Positions 48,646 to 58,625 of a stretch of 64,000 bases of DNA are shown piece after piece. Positions within the stretch are counted from its first letter, which is position 1, and every line of letters begins with the position of its first letter. The position numbers and the translations under genes were made by a program. Source of the stretch: Spirochaetia bacterium (GTDB lineage: Bacteria > Spirochaetota > Spirochaetia > SP-2023); assembly GCA_965225855.1 (NCBI GenBank), contig CBDDCK010000005.1, positions 832,001 through 896,000 of the forward strand. The letters run 5' to 3'. Below the pieces are notes generated by a model. That model was not told the DNA's origin and ran no database searches. It worked only from the letters and a program-made list of their open reading frames with translations.

Positions 48646-50304
48646 TTACGGGCCGGTTTCTTGCAATATTTGGCTGATAATTTGCCAAGTTAAAAAACTA
48701 CGCCTGCCCTTACAATGATATTGGCCCAACAAGTTATGTAACTTATTTGGCAATACGGGATTGGTTTCTAAATAATAGTGGCTGCCCAGTGATTCTCTGC
48801 GCAATAGAGCCGCGCAAGTAATACTGATAGCCGCAACTAATGAATTATTTTTAGGCTGTGTTGCCAACTGCCGTAGAGCATATAGCAACCCCTCTGTGCT
48901 CCGCTCAACGCCAACGTATGCAGACATCAATGTTTGCGATAAAAATGGCGGTGTTGCTTGGCAAGCATCTGCAATTTTCGTCCCTATAAAATGAGAATCT
49001 GTGTTGGCCCCAATTGTTCCAATCGAAGTATTAGAACAAGGTCGAAAATTAGCAGAAATATCCAGTGCAGCCCAATTGGCCATTACCACAGCTTCGAGCA
49101 AAGAATTTGAGGCTAAACGGTTAGCTCCATGAAAACCGGTGCAAGCCAGCTCACCAATAGCCCATAGCCCGGTCACCGAACTACGGCCTCGCAAATCGGT
49201 AGCAATGCCCCCCATATGGTAGTGGACTGCGGGAATGATTGGCAACAAATCTTCCTTAGGGTTGAGTTTGTGAAATTTAGTAATTTGCCATAATGTGGGG
49301 AAACGCTTGGAAAATTCAGCACTGCTATCGCACAGATGTCGGCAATCGAGAAATGCTGCGCCCGTATCGCGGCGGGCACGAAACACAGCATAGGCGACAA
49401 CATTGCGTGGGGCCAATTCTGCGTTGCCATTGGCCGCACTGTCTTTTAGCAAGAACCGTTGGCCGTTGGCATCGAGCAGAGTCGCACCTTCTCCGCGCAG
49501 TGTTTCACTAATTAAAGGTTGGGGGGACTGGGCGCTCTTGATACTATGGGGCAAATCTAAAGCGGTGGGGTGAAACTGAATAAATTCATTATCGGCCAAT
49601 ACAGCACCAGCTAGGGCTGCCATTCCCAAACCTTGTCCCAAAGCACTGGGCGGATTGGTGGTTGCTTGAAACAATGCCCCAATGCCACCACAAGCCAAAA
49701 TTACTGCCCCCGCTGGCAATTGATAAAACTGCGATTGTTCGAGATTTTGGTAGATAATACCACAAACTCGGTTGTTATTTTGGATGAGCGTATGAGCTTC
49801 CACCCCTTCAAGCAAAGTAATTTGGGGTTGCTTTTTAACAGCAGCCATAAGGCTTTTCATAATCATGCGGCCCGAACTATCGCCAGTGCAGCGCACCACC
49901 CGTTTACTACTGTGCGCCGCTTCATGAGACAAAGCAAAACCCAAATCACTGCGGTCAAATGGCACGCCATAGGCTTCCAATTCGGCAATATGCGAAACAG
50001 CCGATTGGCATATTGCTTGGACAACTTGAGAGTCATTTAACTCGGCACCCGAACTGATGGTGTCAGCAATATGGGCCTCAATCGAATCGTTAGGGTCTAC
50101 TGCTGCAGCAATACCACCTTGGGCCCAAGAACTGGCGTTTTTCTGCCCTAGCCTAGCTGGCGAAAGCAGTGATATCGGCCAAGAACAGCGTTCGCTAAGC
50201 TTTAGAGCCGCAAACAATCCAGCCAAACCCGCACCGACAATGACAATGCATTCGGATTCAGCCGAAGTAGAATAAAAAGGTTGAAATTGGCACATCACAA
50301 CCAA
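48646..50304 (-). CDS. nadB: L-aspartate oxidase
   Basis: GAGLAG, SSWAQGGIAA, EAAHS..R, QFHPT, SE.LRGEGA, HY.MGG, HGANRLASNSLLE. Confidence 0.93.
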   Translation of the reverse strand: MVVMCQFQPFYSTSAESECIVIVGAGLAGLFAALKLSERCSWPISLLSPARLGQKNASSWAQGGIAAAVDPNDSIEAHIADTISSGAELNDSQVVQAICQSAVSHIAELEAYGVPFDRSDLGFALSHEAAHSSKRVVRCTGDSSGRMIMKSLMAAVKKQPQITLLEGVEAHTLIQNNNRVCGIIYQNLEQSQFYQLPAGAVILACGGIGALFQATTNPPSALGQGLGMAALAGAVLADNEFIQFHPTALDLPHSIKSAQSPQPLISETLRGEGATLLDANGQRFLLKDSAANGNAELAPRNVVAYAVFRARRDTGAAFLDCRHLCDSSAEFSKRFPTLWQITKFHKLNPKEDLLPIIPAVHYHMGGIATDLRGRSSVTGLWAIGELACTGFHGANRLASNSLLEAVVMANWAALDISANFRPCSNTSIGTIGANTDSHFIGTKIADACQATPPFLSQTLMSAYVGVERSTEGLLYALRQLATQPKNNSLVAAISITCAALLRRESLGSHYYLETNPVLPNKLHNLLGQYHCKGRRSFLTWQIISQILQETGP

Positions 50305-50329
50305 AAAAATTAAGAAAATTTAAGATAGC

Positions 50330-51370
50330 TCAAGAAAGTGCAACCATGAGCTCTACAGCAGCACGGGCTTTTTGGGCGATATTGCCATCCACTTCTACCG
50401 GATTTTTTAAATAGAGCAGACTATCTAAAATATTTTGCAAAGTAATTCGCTTCATATGCGGGCAAAGATTGCAAGGGCGGATAAAACGCACATTGGGGGC
50501 CGTGGCCGCTATATTGGCACTCATGGAACACTCTGTAACTAACATCACTTTGGAAGGTTGCTTTTTTTCTATCCAACCGATCATCGCCGCTGTAGAACCG
50601 GCAAAGTCTGCTTCAGAAATAACATCGGGCGGGCATTCAGGGTGAGCAATAATTTTCAAACCAGGATTATCACTGCGCATGGTTCTCAATTCTTCTGGAC
50701 GGAAACGCTCATGAACTTCGCAATGGCCTTGCCAAGTGATCAAATCAATATCGGGCTGGACTTCTGCTGCAATATTTTGGGCTAAATATTCATCAGGTAA
50801 CATAATTACTTGGCAAGTACCAAATTCTGCTGCGATGCGCCGTACAATATTGGCAGCATTGGCTGAAGTACAAGTTACATCGCATTCGGCTTTAATGGCT
50901 GCACTAGTATTGATATATGTTACCACAGGAAGGCCGGGCCATTGCTGGCGCAGTTGTTTTACATCGGCAACCGTAATAGATTCGGCCAGCGAACAGCCAG
51001 CTTCCATATCGGGTATGAGTACTAATTTGTCGGGGTTCATCAATTTAGAAGTTTCTGCCATAAAGTGAACACCCGCTTGGATAATAATGTCAGCTTCAGT
51101 GCGGCTCGCTTCAATGGCCAATTGTAGACTATCCCCCCGAACATCACCAACACCGTGGAAAATTTCTGCACCCATGTAGTTGTGGGCCAATATAACCGCA
51201 TTGCGTTGTTTTTTTAATTCATTGATGGCCTTTATATAAGGCGCATGAAAAGCCCACTCCATTGGAGGAATTACATTTTTTACTGTTTTATACAGAGGGG
51301 CTAGCTCTTCAGCCAGCAGCTCATCATATTCAAGCTGGGGGCGTTTGATAATCTGCTGAATTTCAGTCAT
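50330..51370 (-). CDS. nadA: Quinolinate synthase
   Basis: ILAHNY, GDSL, GVHFMAET, AGCSLA, YINTSA, C.VH, HPEC, CPHMKRITL. Confidence 0.96.
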   Translation of the reverse strand: MTEIQQIIKRPQLEYDELLAEELAPLYKTVKNVIPPMEWAFHAPYIKAINELKKQRNAVILAHNYMGAEIFHGVGDVRGDSLQLAIEASRTEADIIIQAGVHFMAETSKLMNPDKLVLIPDMEAGCSLAESITVADVKQLRQQWPGLPVVTYINTSAAIKAECDVTCTSANAANIVRRIAAEFGTCQVIMLPDEYLAQNIAAEVQPDIDLITWQGHCEVHERFRPEELRTMRSDNPGLKIIAHPECPPDVISEADFAGSTAAMIGWIEKKQPSKVMLVTECSMSANIAATAPNVRFIRPCNLCPHMKRITLQNILDSLLYLKNPVEVDGNIAQKARAAVELMVALS

Positions 51371-51499
51371 TGGAAAATTTCCTCCTTCTGTGTATATTTA
51401 CCGGAAGATTTTTAATTATAGGAAATAATACCTTCAATAATCTTTTACTAAAGAGATTATAAAAGTTGCGTACAGTCAGGCCAAGTAAAATCCATAACT

Positions 51500-51527
51500 A
51501 TTTTGTAAACTATATCTATTGCGTCAA
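51500..51527 (-). promoter_or_regulatory. Putative sigma70 promoter of nadABC
   Basis: Minus strand TTGACG-16 bp-CAAAAT. Confidence 0.5.
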
Positions 51528-51589
51528 TAGTCAAAATAGCAATTGTGAAGCAAACGATAACAATCAAATGATAAAAGTAGGATGATTAC

Positions 51590-53368
51590 CTAGCTTTCCG
51601 TTTTTATATGAGAATATTTTTCTAAATACTCGGCGACCAATGCATTAAACTGCTGGCCTCGGTCAAACTCATTTTGAAACATTTCAAATGAAGCATAACC
51701 TGGAGAAAATAGTAAATATTGTTGGCTATAGCTTTGTTTTATAGCTGTTTGGAATGCTGCTTCAAATGCTAAGCGCAATGAAGCAAAACCGAGGTCACCA
51801 TCAGATGCACAACCAAAATAAGGCAAGTTAGCGTTTTGCAAATATTGTATTAAAGTTTGGCTGCCACTGCCTTGAAGCAAAAATAGCGTGTAGTGTCCTC
51901 GATAAATACATAAAGCATTCAGCAGTTTGCTAGGGTCTAAATCTTTGTCTGTACCTCCTGCAACTAATAGGCAGTGCTTAGATTGGCTTACTTGCCTCAA
52001 GTTATGCAAAAATGTTTCTTCCAATATTCTAAAGTTTTTTTCCAAAGTAGGGTTTTGCAAGCAAGCTTCCAAGCCGGATACAGTTGCATCGGGCATGGTT
52101 GCCGTTGTGTCATTGATAAAATATAAAGTTCTATTATTACCAAACTGCATTTTTCCGCGTTGCTCCATGCGAAATGGCACACCAGAAAATTTGCGGCTCA
52201 GTTGGCCATTATCTTGCTCTTGGCAAAACGAGGTCAAGTCAATATTTTGTTTTTGCAAAAAACGATAGGCCATATAAGAGGCAATGCTGTAGTTTTGGAA
52301 ACTATATTGCCCCAATATGGTAAAGTTATCTTTTTTTAGAAATAATTGTTCTTGGGCCCTATTGGCTTGGCTTTCACGAATATAGGCATTGCCGTTTGGA
52401 AGCCAGTATAGTCCCTGCATTCCTTTAGGTAAAACATTATTTAAACAGAAATAATGCAAATGATGCTGGCAAAAATGCTTAAAATCTTTATGGAGGCGAT
52501 GATGGTTTGCATAAAATGCCCGTGTGGCAAAATCCCCCCAAAACTGAGGCCCCAAATACATGGTATCTGTAGGTGTTCCTAACAGTAGTTCGCCTGTTTC
52601 CAGCCGTGCCATATTTTCAAAAATATAAAATTTGTCCATCACATAATGATAAAAACTTGTATAACAATTTTGGTGATCATTTAGAATGTTGCTTAGACAG
52701 GCTTGCCTCGGCCGAAAAAATATTTGCCCGCGGTTTTGTTCTACAGTGCGCAGATCAGCCAGTTGCCAAGATGATAGCTCTAATATCAATGGGCTGCTAT
52801 CGAATTCTGGAATTTTTGCTTGATTTTGCTTGCAGGGCAAAGCAGCCGATAATGCGTAAGAGAGTGGAGAGCAGCCAATATTGCCAGCCAACATGGCTTT
52901 GGGCAGGTATTTTTGTAGAATATAATGTAAGGCATACGAAATGCTGGATTTGCCTTTGGTTCCTGTTATGGCTAGCACTGGAAACTGCGGGTAGAGTTCA
53001 AGAAACAGTGCTAAATCGGTTGTCCAGCTTTGGGCAGCTTGTAAATATGGCGAATGGCTTGAAACACCGGGATTTTTGATCACTAAATCAGCTTGCTGAA
53101 AATCTTTTAACTCGTGAGAGCCCAAGCAGTATGAAAGGCGTTTCTGTGCGTGTTTGTCGTTGAAAGCGTTAGCTAAAGTTATTTGGGCAAAATCGCGCAA
53201 GGCTTTTAAACTACTTGCCAATTTTTCTTCAGAGTTGAGGTCTGTTACCAAGACTTCAGCCCCACAGGCTAGGGCGAATTTTGCACTACTCAAGCCCCCA
53301 CCATTCAGCCCTAGCCCCATAATTACCACGCGTTGATTGAGCAATAATTGGCGAAATGATTGTTCCAT
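51590..53368 (-). CDS. murD: UDP-N-acetylmuramoyl-L-alanine--D-glutamate ligase
   Basis: MGLGLNGGG, KNPGV, ITGTKGKS, GNIG, LELSSWQL, NDT.AT, GG.DK, SPG.ASF..F.NEFDRG. Confidence 0.9.
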   Translation of the reverse strand: MEQSFRQLLLNQRVVIMGLGLNGGGLSSAKFALACGAEVLVTDLNSEEKLASSLKALRDFAQITLANAFNDKHAQKRLSYCLGSHELKDFQQADLVIKNPGVSSHSPYLQAAQSWTTDLALFLELYPQFPVLAITGTKGKSSISYALHYILQKYLPKAMLAGNIGCSPLSYALSAALPCKQNQAKIPEFDSSPLILELSSWQLADLRTVEQNRGQIFFRPRQACLSNILNDHQNCYTSFYHYVMDKFYIFENMARLETGELLLGTPTDTMYLGPQFWGDFATRAFYANHHRLHKDFKHFCQHHLHYFCLNNVLPKGMQGLYWLPNGNAYIRESQANRAQEQLFLKKDNFTILGQYSFQNYSIASYMAYRFLQKQNIDLTSFCQEQDNGQLSRKFSGVPFRMEQRGKMQFGNNRTLYFINDTTATMPDATVSGLEACLQNPTLEKNFRILEETFLHNLRQVSQSKHCLLVAGGTDKDLDPSKLLNALCIYRGHYTLFLLQGSGSQTLIQYLQNANLPYFGCASDGDLGFASLRLAFEAAFQTAIKQSYSQQYLLFSPGYASFEMFQNEFDRGQQFNALVAEYLEKYSHIKTES

Positions 53369-53498
53369 TCTTTCTGTGATTGGTCTATTCTATTTTCTAA
53401 TAATTCGTTGCACTGGTCTTTTATATTTCTTATACATTTTAAGCTTTATTTTTGCAATGAAAATTTTTGTCAAAAAAATTGCAAAATTATGATTTTTC

Positions 53499-53714
53499 TT
53501 ACAGAACGAAAATATTTTGATCTAAGCTATGCTCAATTTTTGCGAGGGCTTTCAGTGCACCCTCATCGACAGATTCTAAGTGGCGATATGCTTCTATATC
53601 TAGCTCGTACTGCTTGGCCATTTGTTCTTGGCTAAACTGGCGGTCTTCCCGCCAAAACAACAATTCGTCTTTTCCTCCGGGCCCGCCAAAGTCGCTAATT
53701 TTTACTAATCCCAT
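53499..53714 (-). CDS. Small XRE/Cro-like helix-turn-helix protein
   Basis: GGAGG RBS; L..WRE.RQFSQEQMA.......Y..LES pattern. Confidence 0.6.
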   Translation of the reverse strand: MGLVKISDFGGPGGKDELLFWREDRQFSQEQMAKQYELDIEAYRHLESVDEGALKALAKIEHSLDQNIFVL

Positions 53715-53726
53715 GATAGTGCGCCT

Positions 53727-53761
53727 CCGGTTCTATTGCTATCTCCACCGGTTCTATTGCT
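53727..53761. repeat. 14-bp direct repeat x2 at the XRE gene translation-initiation region
   Basis: CCGGTTCTATTGCT at 53727 and 53748 (21-bp period). Confidence 0.75.
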
Positions 53762-53989
53762 TTAGCTACTTTGGCTAGCTCTGCTTCGCTTGGTCATTTT
53801 TCTGCAGGACAAATGTAACAGGGTGAAAAGAATAAAACTCAAAAAAAGTGATTCTTTACTAATACTACTAAACTTTTCGGGGGGTTTAGCCAATAATATA
53901 AGTACAAAAAGTAAAACAGCGAAAACAAAGGCGGTAGGCCAACCTTAAAGGGCCAATCACTATAATTGCCAAACCTATACGAGGAGCCT

Positions 53990-54535
53990 ATGGCTGATCA
54001 TAATGAAACGACCTTTGCGGAAATCAGAGCGATTCTAAAGCAAAACGCCATTGCCCAAGCCAAGACCTATGAGCAGCTGGCTGAATTAACTAAAGGGCTC
54101 AATGATTTGAAAGAGCTGTTTGGTAATACCCAGCACAACCAAGGGCAAATCAATGAAGAATTTATATGCAATAGTATAGCAACCAACGGCAAGGTGCTCT
54201 GGAGTGTTTGTTACGACTATGTAGAGCGCAATGTCAAAAGCCGTTTTGGCCAGACTTAAGGCGAGTACGACTGCGTTGCCTACAATAGTAATAGCATTGC
54301 GATTGTCGAAGTCAAGAGCAAGGCCCATATCAAAGATATAGCCAAATTCCCCATGATGATAAGGACTTTCCGCATTTTATACCCGATGTACAAAGATTTT
54401 AAGATTTACATAGGCATTGCCTCTTTGCATATCAATAATGATGTAGTACAGGAATGCCAAGACAATGGCTATGGTATTTTGCGGTTGTCGGGCAACACAC
54501 TGGAAGAACTGGATAGCAAGCTTATCGCTCAATAA
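53990..54535 (+). pseudogene. Coiled-coil plus PD-(D/E)XK-like nuclease-fold protein interrupted by one in-frame TAA
   Basis: GAGGAG RBS; ORFs 53966-54259 and 54353-54535 share a frame; reading past TAA 54257-54259 gives GEYDCVAYNSNSIAIVEVKSKAH. Confidence 0.75.
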
Positions 54536-54609
54536 GACCCCACTAGCCGATAAGAGGATAATTAAAAATCAAAATTATTTGCGCAGTTTATGAAATCAAG
54601 TTATCATAG

Positions 54610-54813
54610 TTGAGAATTTGTCAACAAATGGTTGCTGATATAGGCAAAGCTAGAAGGTTCGCTAATAACGAATTTGTAGCAGAACTATTAGCGCCTATTC
54701 ATGAAGTACAAATAGAATTTGAGAAAAACAATAAAAGTGTTTATCGTATTTCCAAACATTTTGGAGTTTCGCAAAGACTCATTCATACACAAATTAGATC
54801 GATTACTTGGTAA
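54610..54813 (+). pseudogene. C-terminal fragment of an ImmA/IrrE-like metallopeptidase
   Basis: AN.EFVAELLAP...IS.HFGVS resembles the ANxFAAxLLxP...xFGVS tail; HExxH part absent. Confidence 0.5.
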
Positions 54814-55271
54814 TTCTGATTACGATAAAGAACTAGAACCGAAAAAATATGATTTTAATGTAACCAATATTTACCTCTATCTAATAAAAGCAGCGTTTCA
54901 AAACGCTAAAAAAGAAGGCTGAGCCCCGTGGAGCCGATACCCGCAAGCCAAAGCCCGATCTCGATACTCGTTTATCCCAACCTTCAAGTAAACCATATCA
55001 TGATAATAGCGACAAGTCAATAAAAAAATCCCTAAATAAAAACCCGCTACCGGACTTAACGACTATAACCAACTTACCAGACCTAACCCGACTGCCAAAC
55101 AATTAAATATAATCTGCAGCCAATACTCCGTTAGTATCACTACCATAAATATACCTTTTTAGTAAAAGCTTTAATAAGTTACTAAAATTAGCTAAAGCAT
55201 AACGATGTGGAATATTATAAAGATCAACATAAGGCTTTAAAACTTCCCATAATTTTCTCCTTATTTGATTG

Positions 55272-56483
55272 TTAATCCCACTTTAAAGCCCCGCCTGTTT
55301 GGTAGTCGGTAACTCGGGTCTCAAAGAAATTCTTTTCTTTTTTAATATGAATAATCTCATTTAGCCAAGAGAACGGGTCAGACACTAGAAACTCTGGCTC
55401 TAGGTTTAATTCCCTTAGCCTTTCGTCTGCTAAGCACTGTAAATAAGCAAACATAGTTTGTTTATTGAGTCCTAGGATTCCGTCTTGTACTGTTTCCGCA
55501 GCAAAGGCCATTTCTACATACAGCCCTTCCAGTATCATAGTTTTGACTTGCTTTTTAAATTCATAGCTCCAAACCTCTGGAAACTGTTTGATTATATCGT
55601 GAATAATCTTGACACCGACTCGTATATGCATAATTTCATCTCGCATAATATACTGTACTTGCTCGGCAAATTGGGTCATCTTGCCAATACGGGCCAAGGC
55701 CAACACTTGCACAAAGCTGCAATAGAAAAATAAACCCTCAATTACACTGGCAAACGCTATATAATTGATTAGAAACTTTTGGATACCCTGTAAGTAAGAT
55801 ATTCTACTAGGATAATCGGACTCTACTAGCGAAAAGTCGGGGTCTTCAATTACCCGCAGTTTGTTGCTAGCCCATGCCATTTTTAAAGCTACACTGGGCA
55901 GCTCGTGGTACATATTGAATATTTCTTTTTCAGTATAGCCCAATAGCTCGCCATAAGACTGGATTATGTAGATGTAAGAATGGCTGTGCAGCACTTCCTC
56001 AAAGCCTTGTTTGATTAGATAAAAACGGGCTTCGGGCAAAGTGATATGCTTAGCCAAGTTTATCATTACATTGTTGGCTACAATCGAGTCGGCAGGGGCA
56101 AAGAATCCCAATGTTAGTGCTATTATCCGCATTTCTGCGGGTCTTAAAGTTTTCTCTTTCAATAGTGCAATATCGGCTTGCATCGGTATCTCTTCCGGCA
56201 CCCAATGATTGCGCAAGGCATCTCTATACAGCTCAAAATAACTTGGGTCTTTAAAAGGCAATAATTGGTTGACATCGCAAGTGTCGCCAATAATCTTTTT
56301 CTTACTGGGCTCTACCCTTTGAATTGTTTTTGAACCCTCTTCAATAAGATTCTGGCCACTAAGCTTTTGGCCTAGATTGTTAGCTATCTTAGCAAACTTC
56401 TCTAACCCGCTACCCTGCAAATGGGGTAAAATATCGAGTGCTTGGCAGTAATCTTCTAGCTGTTGGTTATTCAGTGTGTTCAT
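55272..56483 (-). CDS. nrdB: Class I ribonucleotide reductase beta (R2) subunit
   Basis: NHW.PEE, F.PAD, EE.LHSHSY, EG.FFY, RDE..H, C-terminal EKNFFETRVTDYQTGGALKWD. Confidence 0.93.
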   Translation of the reverse strand: MNTLNNQQLEDYCQALDILPHLQGSGLEKFAKIANNLGQKLSGQNLIEEGSKTIQRVEPSKKKIIGDTCDVNQLLPFKDPSYFELYRDALRNHWVPEEIPMQADIALLKEKTLRPAEMRIIALTLGFFAPADSIVANNVMINLAKHITLPEARFYLIKQGFEEVLHSHSYIYIIQSYGELLGYTEKEIFNMYHELPSVALKMAWASNKLRVIEDPDFSLVESDYPSRISYLQGIQKFLINYIAFASVIEGLFFYCSFVQVLALARIGKMTQFAEQVQYIMRDEIMHIRVGVKIIHDIIKQFPEVWSYEFKKQVKTMILEGLYVEMAFAAETVQDGILGLNKQTMFAYLQCLADERLRELNLEPEFLVSDPFSWLNEIIHIKKEKNFFETRVTDYQTGGALKWD

Positions 56484-56894
56484 TTTACCTCTGTTTATGT
56501 AGATGTTTATTTTACTGGTAAATCCGCAAATAATCAATATACATTTGCTAATGAATGAGGCTGGCCAATTTGGGAGCTATTTTTTGACTATCTGGGCAAA
56601 TTAAGAGACTTTACTTAGCCGTTTCATTTGGGTCTGATTTTAAATTTTTACAGGCATAAACAGATAGTAAAAACAATACAATCAAGCTATATGGTTTCAT
56701 GAATACTTTTTAAAGATTTTTGTAATTTAAAATTTCCAAAAAATAGGCTACTGACGGCCAAAAAGCAAAGGTAAGAACAGCCCCTAATTTTTGACCTAAA
56801 GTTATCGCCAACCTTGAAAAATTTTCTAAGCCGAAAAATAAAGATGAGTATTATAGCGCAAGTCGAACAATTCGGCCTAGTTTAGCTTGAAAAT

Positions 56895-58250
56895 TTATAA
56901 TACTCGGATATGAAAGGCAAAATCAATTTTTTGGAATTGCTCGTGGAAAATTATACCAAAATCAAACTGGCCACGCACATTGACGGGCATACCAAAATAG
57001 AGTTCTGGTCCAGTAAAAAGGCTCATTTCTAAATCTCTTCCTAAGTCTATATCATGAAAGTTTACCGTGGTATTGGCAAAACCAACGATAGAACCGATGT
57101 TCCAACCCATATCTATACGGATAGGGTCTTTTATAAATATAGGGGTGAATAACAAGCGAAATTCTGCTGCACTGCGAATATAACCTTCATAGCGGCTGGA
57201 AAATACTTGTGATTTCATTGGCAACATTCCTTTACTCCGCCAATCGCCGTATAAACTTAGTGATGGGCGCAACCATTTGACTGGTTCTGTTACTAGGCCT
57301 AAGGCTAGGTGCACAAAATGATTTTCAGCAAATAAACCCACTAGTTCATGCTGGCTTTGAAATTTTACGTGATAGCCCAAGCCTTTGTTCGCTAGATAAT
57401 TTTGATCAAAACTTAGGTTTGTAAAAATTGCCAAGCGACCTTGTAGCTGCCCCGATAAATTTTTGTTATTCAATTCAGGGCCTAAGCCCAAACGCTTACC
57501 CATGTGGCTAGCGATTTTTAAATTGTTTATTTTTTGACCTTTAAAGAAATATAGCAGTCCTGCATCAAGCCCTAAACCTAATTGTAACCAACTTAATGGT
57601 TGTATATACAATTCAGGCCGCAAAAAAATATTGCTGCGAATGCGCGAATTTTCGTGGAAATCCCATTGGTCTTGTATTTGGTGGCCGGCTTGTATGGTAA
57701 AACCAAATATGGAATAAGCCAAATAAGGTAAGTCTAAAATTATATCTTGGCGGTTGTAGCCCATAGCCAACCAAACTAGCGATGGCAGGCCTTTGCGCGC
57801 TATGCGGTTGGCCCAACCAAATTTAGCGTAGGCGTTGCCACCGCCCGGTATAAAGCTAATCGACATTTCGGAAACCAAAACTTCGACATAGACTTCATGT
57901 TCTTTTTCATTCTCAAAATAGTCGTAAATTAATTCTAGACTGAGTAAGGTGGGCTCAGAATCGGCGAAATTGAATAGTATTCGGGCGGCTTTTTCCAATT
58001 GTTTTTTTGTACGTAAAGCATTTAAGCGGATGCCATTTTCTTGTAAATAGCGATGGATATGTTTTTCACTCAGCTTATCTATACCGGTGATATAAATATC
58101 TGTGATTTTGTAATTTATTTGCTCTGCTTTCCATTGAGCAGGCCATTGAGCAGACAGTGGCCATTGGTAAAATACAAAAAACATTACTTGGAGAAATATT
58201 GGCAATGTTGATGATACATTCGCCAAATTCCACCGATGGGAAATTTTCAT
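56895..58250 (-). CDS. Probable outer-membrane beta-barrel protein with N-terminal POTRA-like segment
   Basis: Signal peptide, I..I.ITG...LSE..I...L POTRA-like start, alternating hydrophobic beta strands to the C-terminus. Confidence 0.5.
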   Translation of the reverse strand: MKISHRWNLANVSSTLPIFLQVMFFVFYQWPLSAQWPAQWKAEQINYKITDIYITGIDKLSEKHIHRYLQENGIRLNALRTKKQLEKAARILFNFADSEPTLLSLELIYDYFENEKEHEVYVEVLVSEMSISFIPGGGNAYAKFGWANRIARKGLPSLVWLAMGYNRQDIILDLPYLAYSIFGFTIQAGHQIQDQWDFHENSRIRSNIFLRPELYIQPLSWLQLGLGLDAGLLYFFKGQKINNLKIASHMGKRLGLGPELNNKNLSGQLQGRLAIFTNLSFDQNYLANKGLGYHVKFQSQHELVGLFAENHFVHLALGLVTEPVKWLRPSLSLYGDWRSKGMLPMKSQVFSSRYEGYIRSAAEFRLLFTPIFIKDPIRIDMGWNIGSIVGFANTTVNFHDIDLGRDLEMSLFTGPELYFGMPVNVRGQFDFGIIFHEQFQKIDFAFHIRVL

Positions 58251-58446
58251 GAAGCTTCACTATTTTTTGAGGCAATACACCATTGTACCATTTTAGCCGC
58301 TGTAAAACCACTAGCCTTTAGTATGAATTAAAGCAACATATTCGGTGCTGGTCTCTGGAGTCTAAAGCCTGTAATTCGGCTTCCAAACTTTTTGTTCTTT
58401 TTTAGCTTGGTTGTACCAGCCTTTGGCTATATTGGCTTCCCGTATT

Positions 58447-58615
58447 TACCAAGGCTATAATTGACAAAAGCAACCTTGATAAAAAATTTTACCAAGGCTA
58501 TAATTGGCAAAAGCAACCTTGGTATTTTCTCCATACCAAGGCTGTAATTGGGAAAAGCAGCCTTGATAAAAAACTTACCAAGGCTGCAATTGGCCAATGC
58601 AAGCGTTGCAACAAC
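58447..58615. repeat. REP-like array: 35-bp hairpin unit at 42-44-bp period, three full copies plus one partial
   Basis: TACCAAGGCT.TAATTG..AAAAGCA.CCTTG.TA at 58447, 58490, 58534; partial copy at 58576. Confidence 0.88.
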
Positions 58616-58625
58616 CAAACTCTAC

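Noticed and set aside
55272..56483. Class Ic (Mn/Fe) R2 assignment
   Set aside because: The radical Tyr and first-ligand Asp are present, whereas class Ic has Phe and Glu.
58447..58615. CRISPR array
   Set aside because: Repeats are CRISPR-sized, but spacers are only 7-9 bp and partly repeated, and there are no cas genes in the window.
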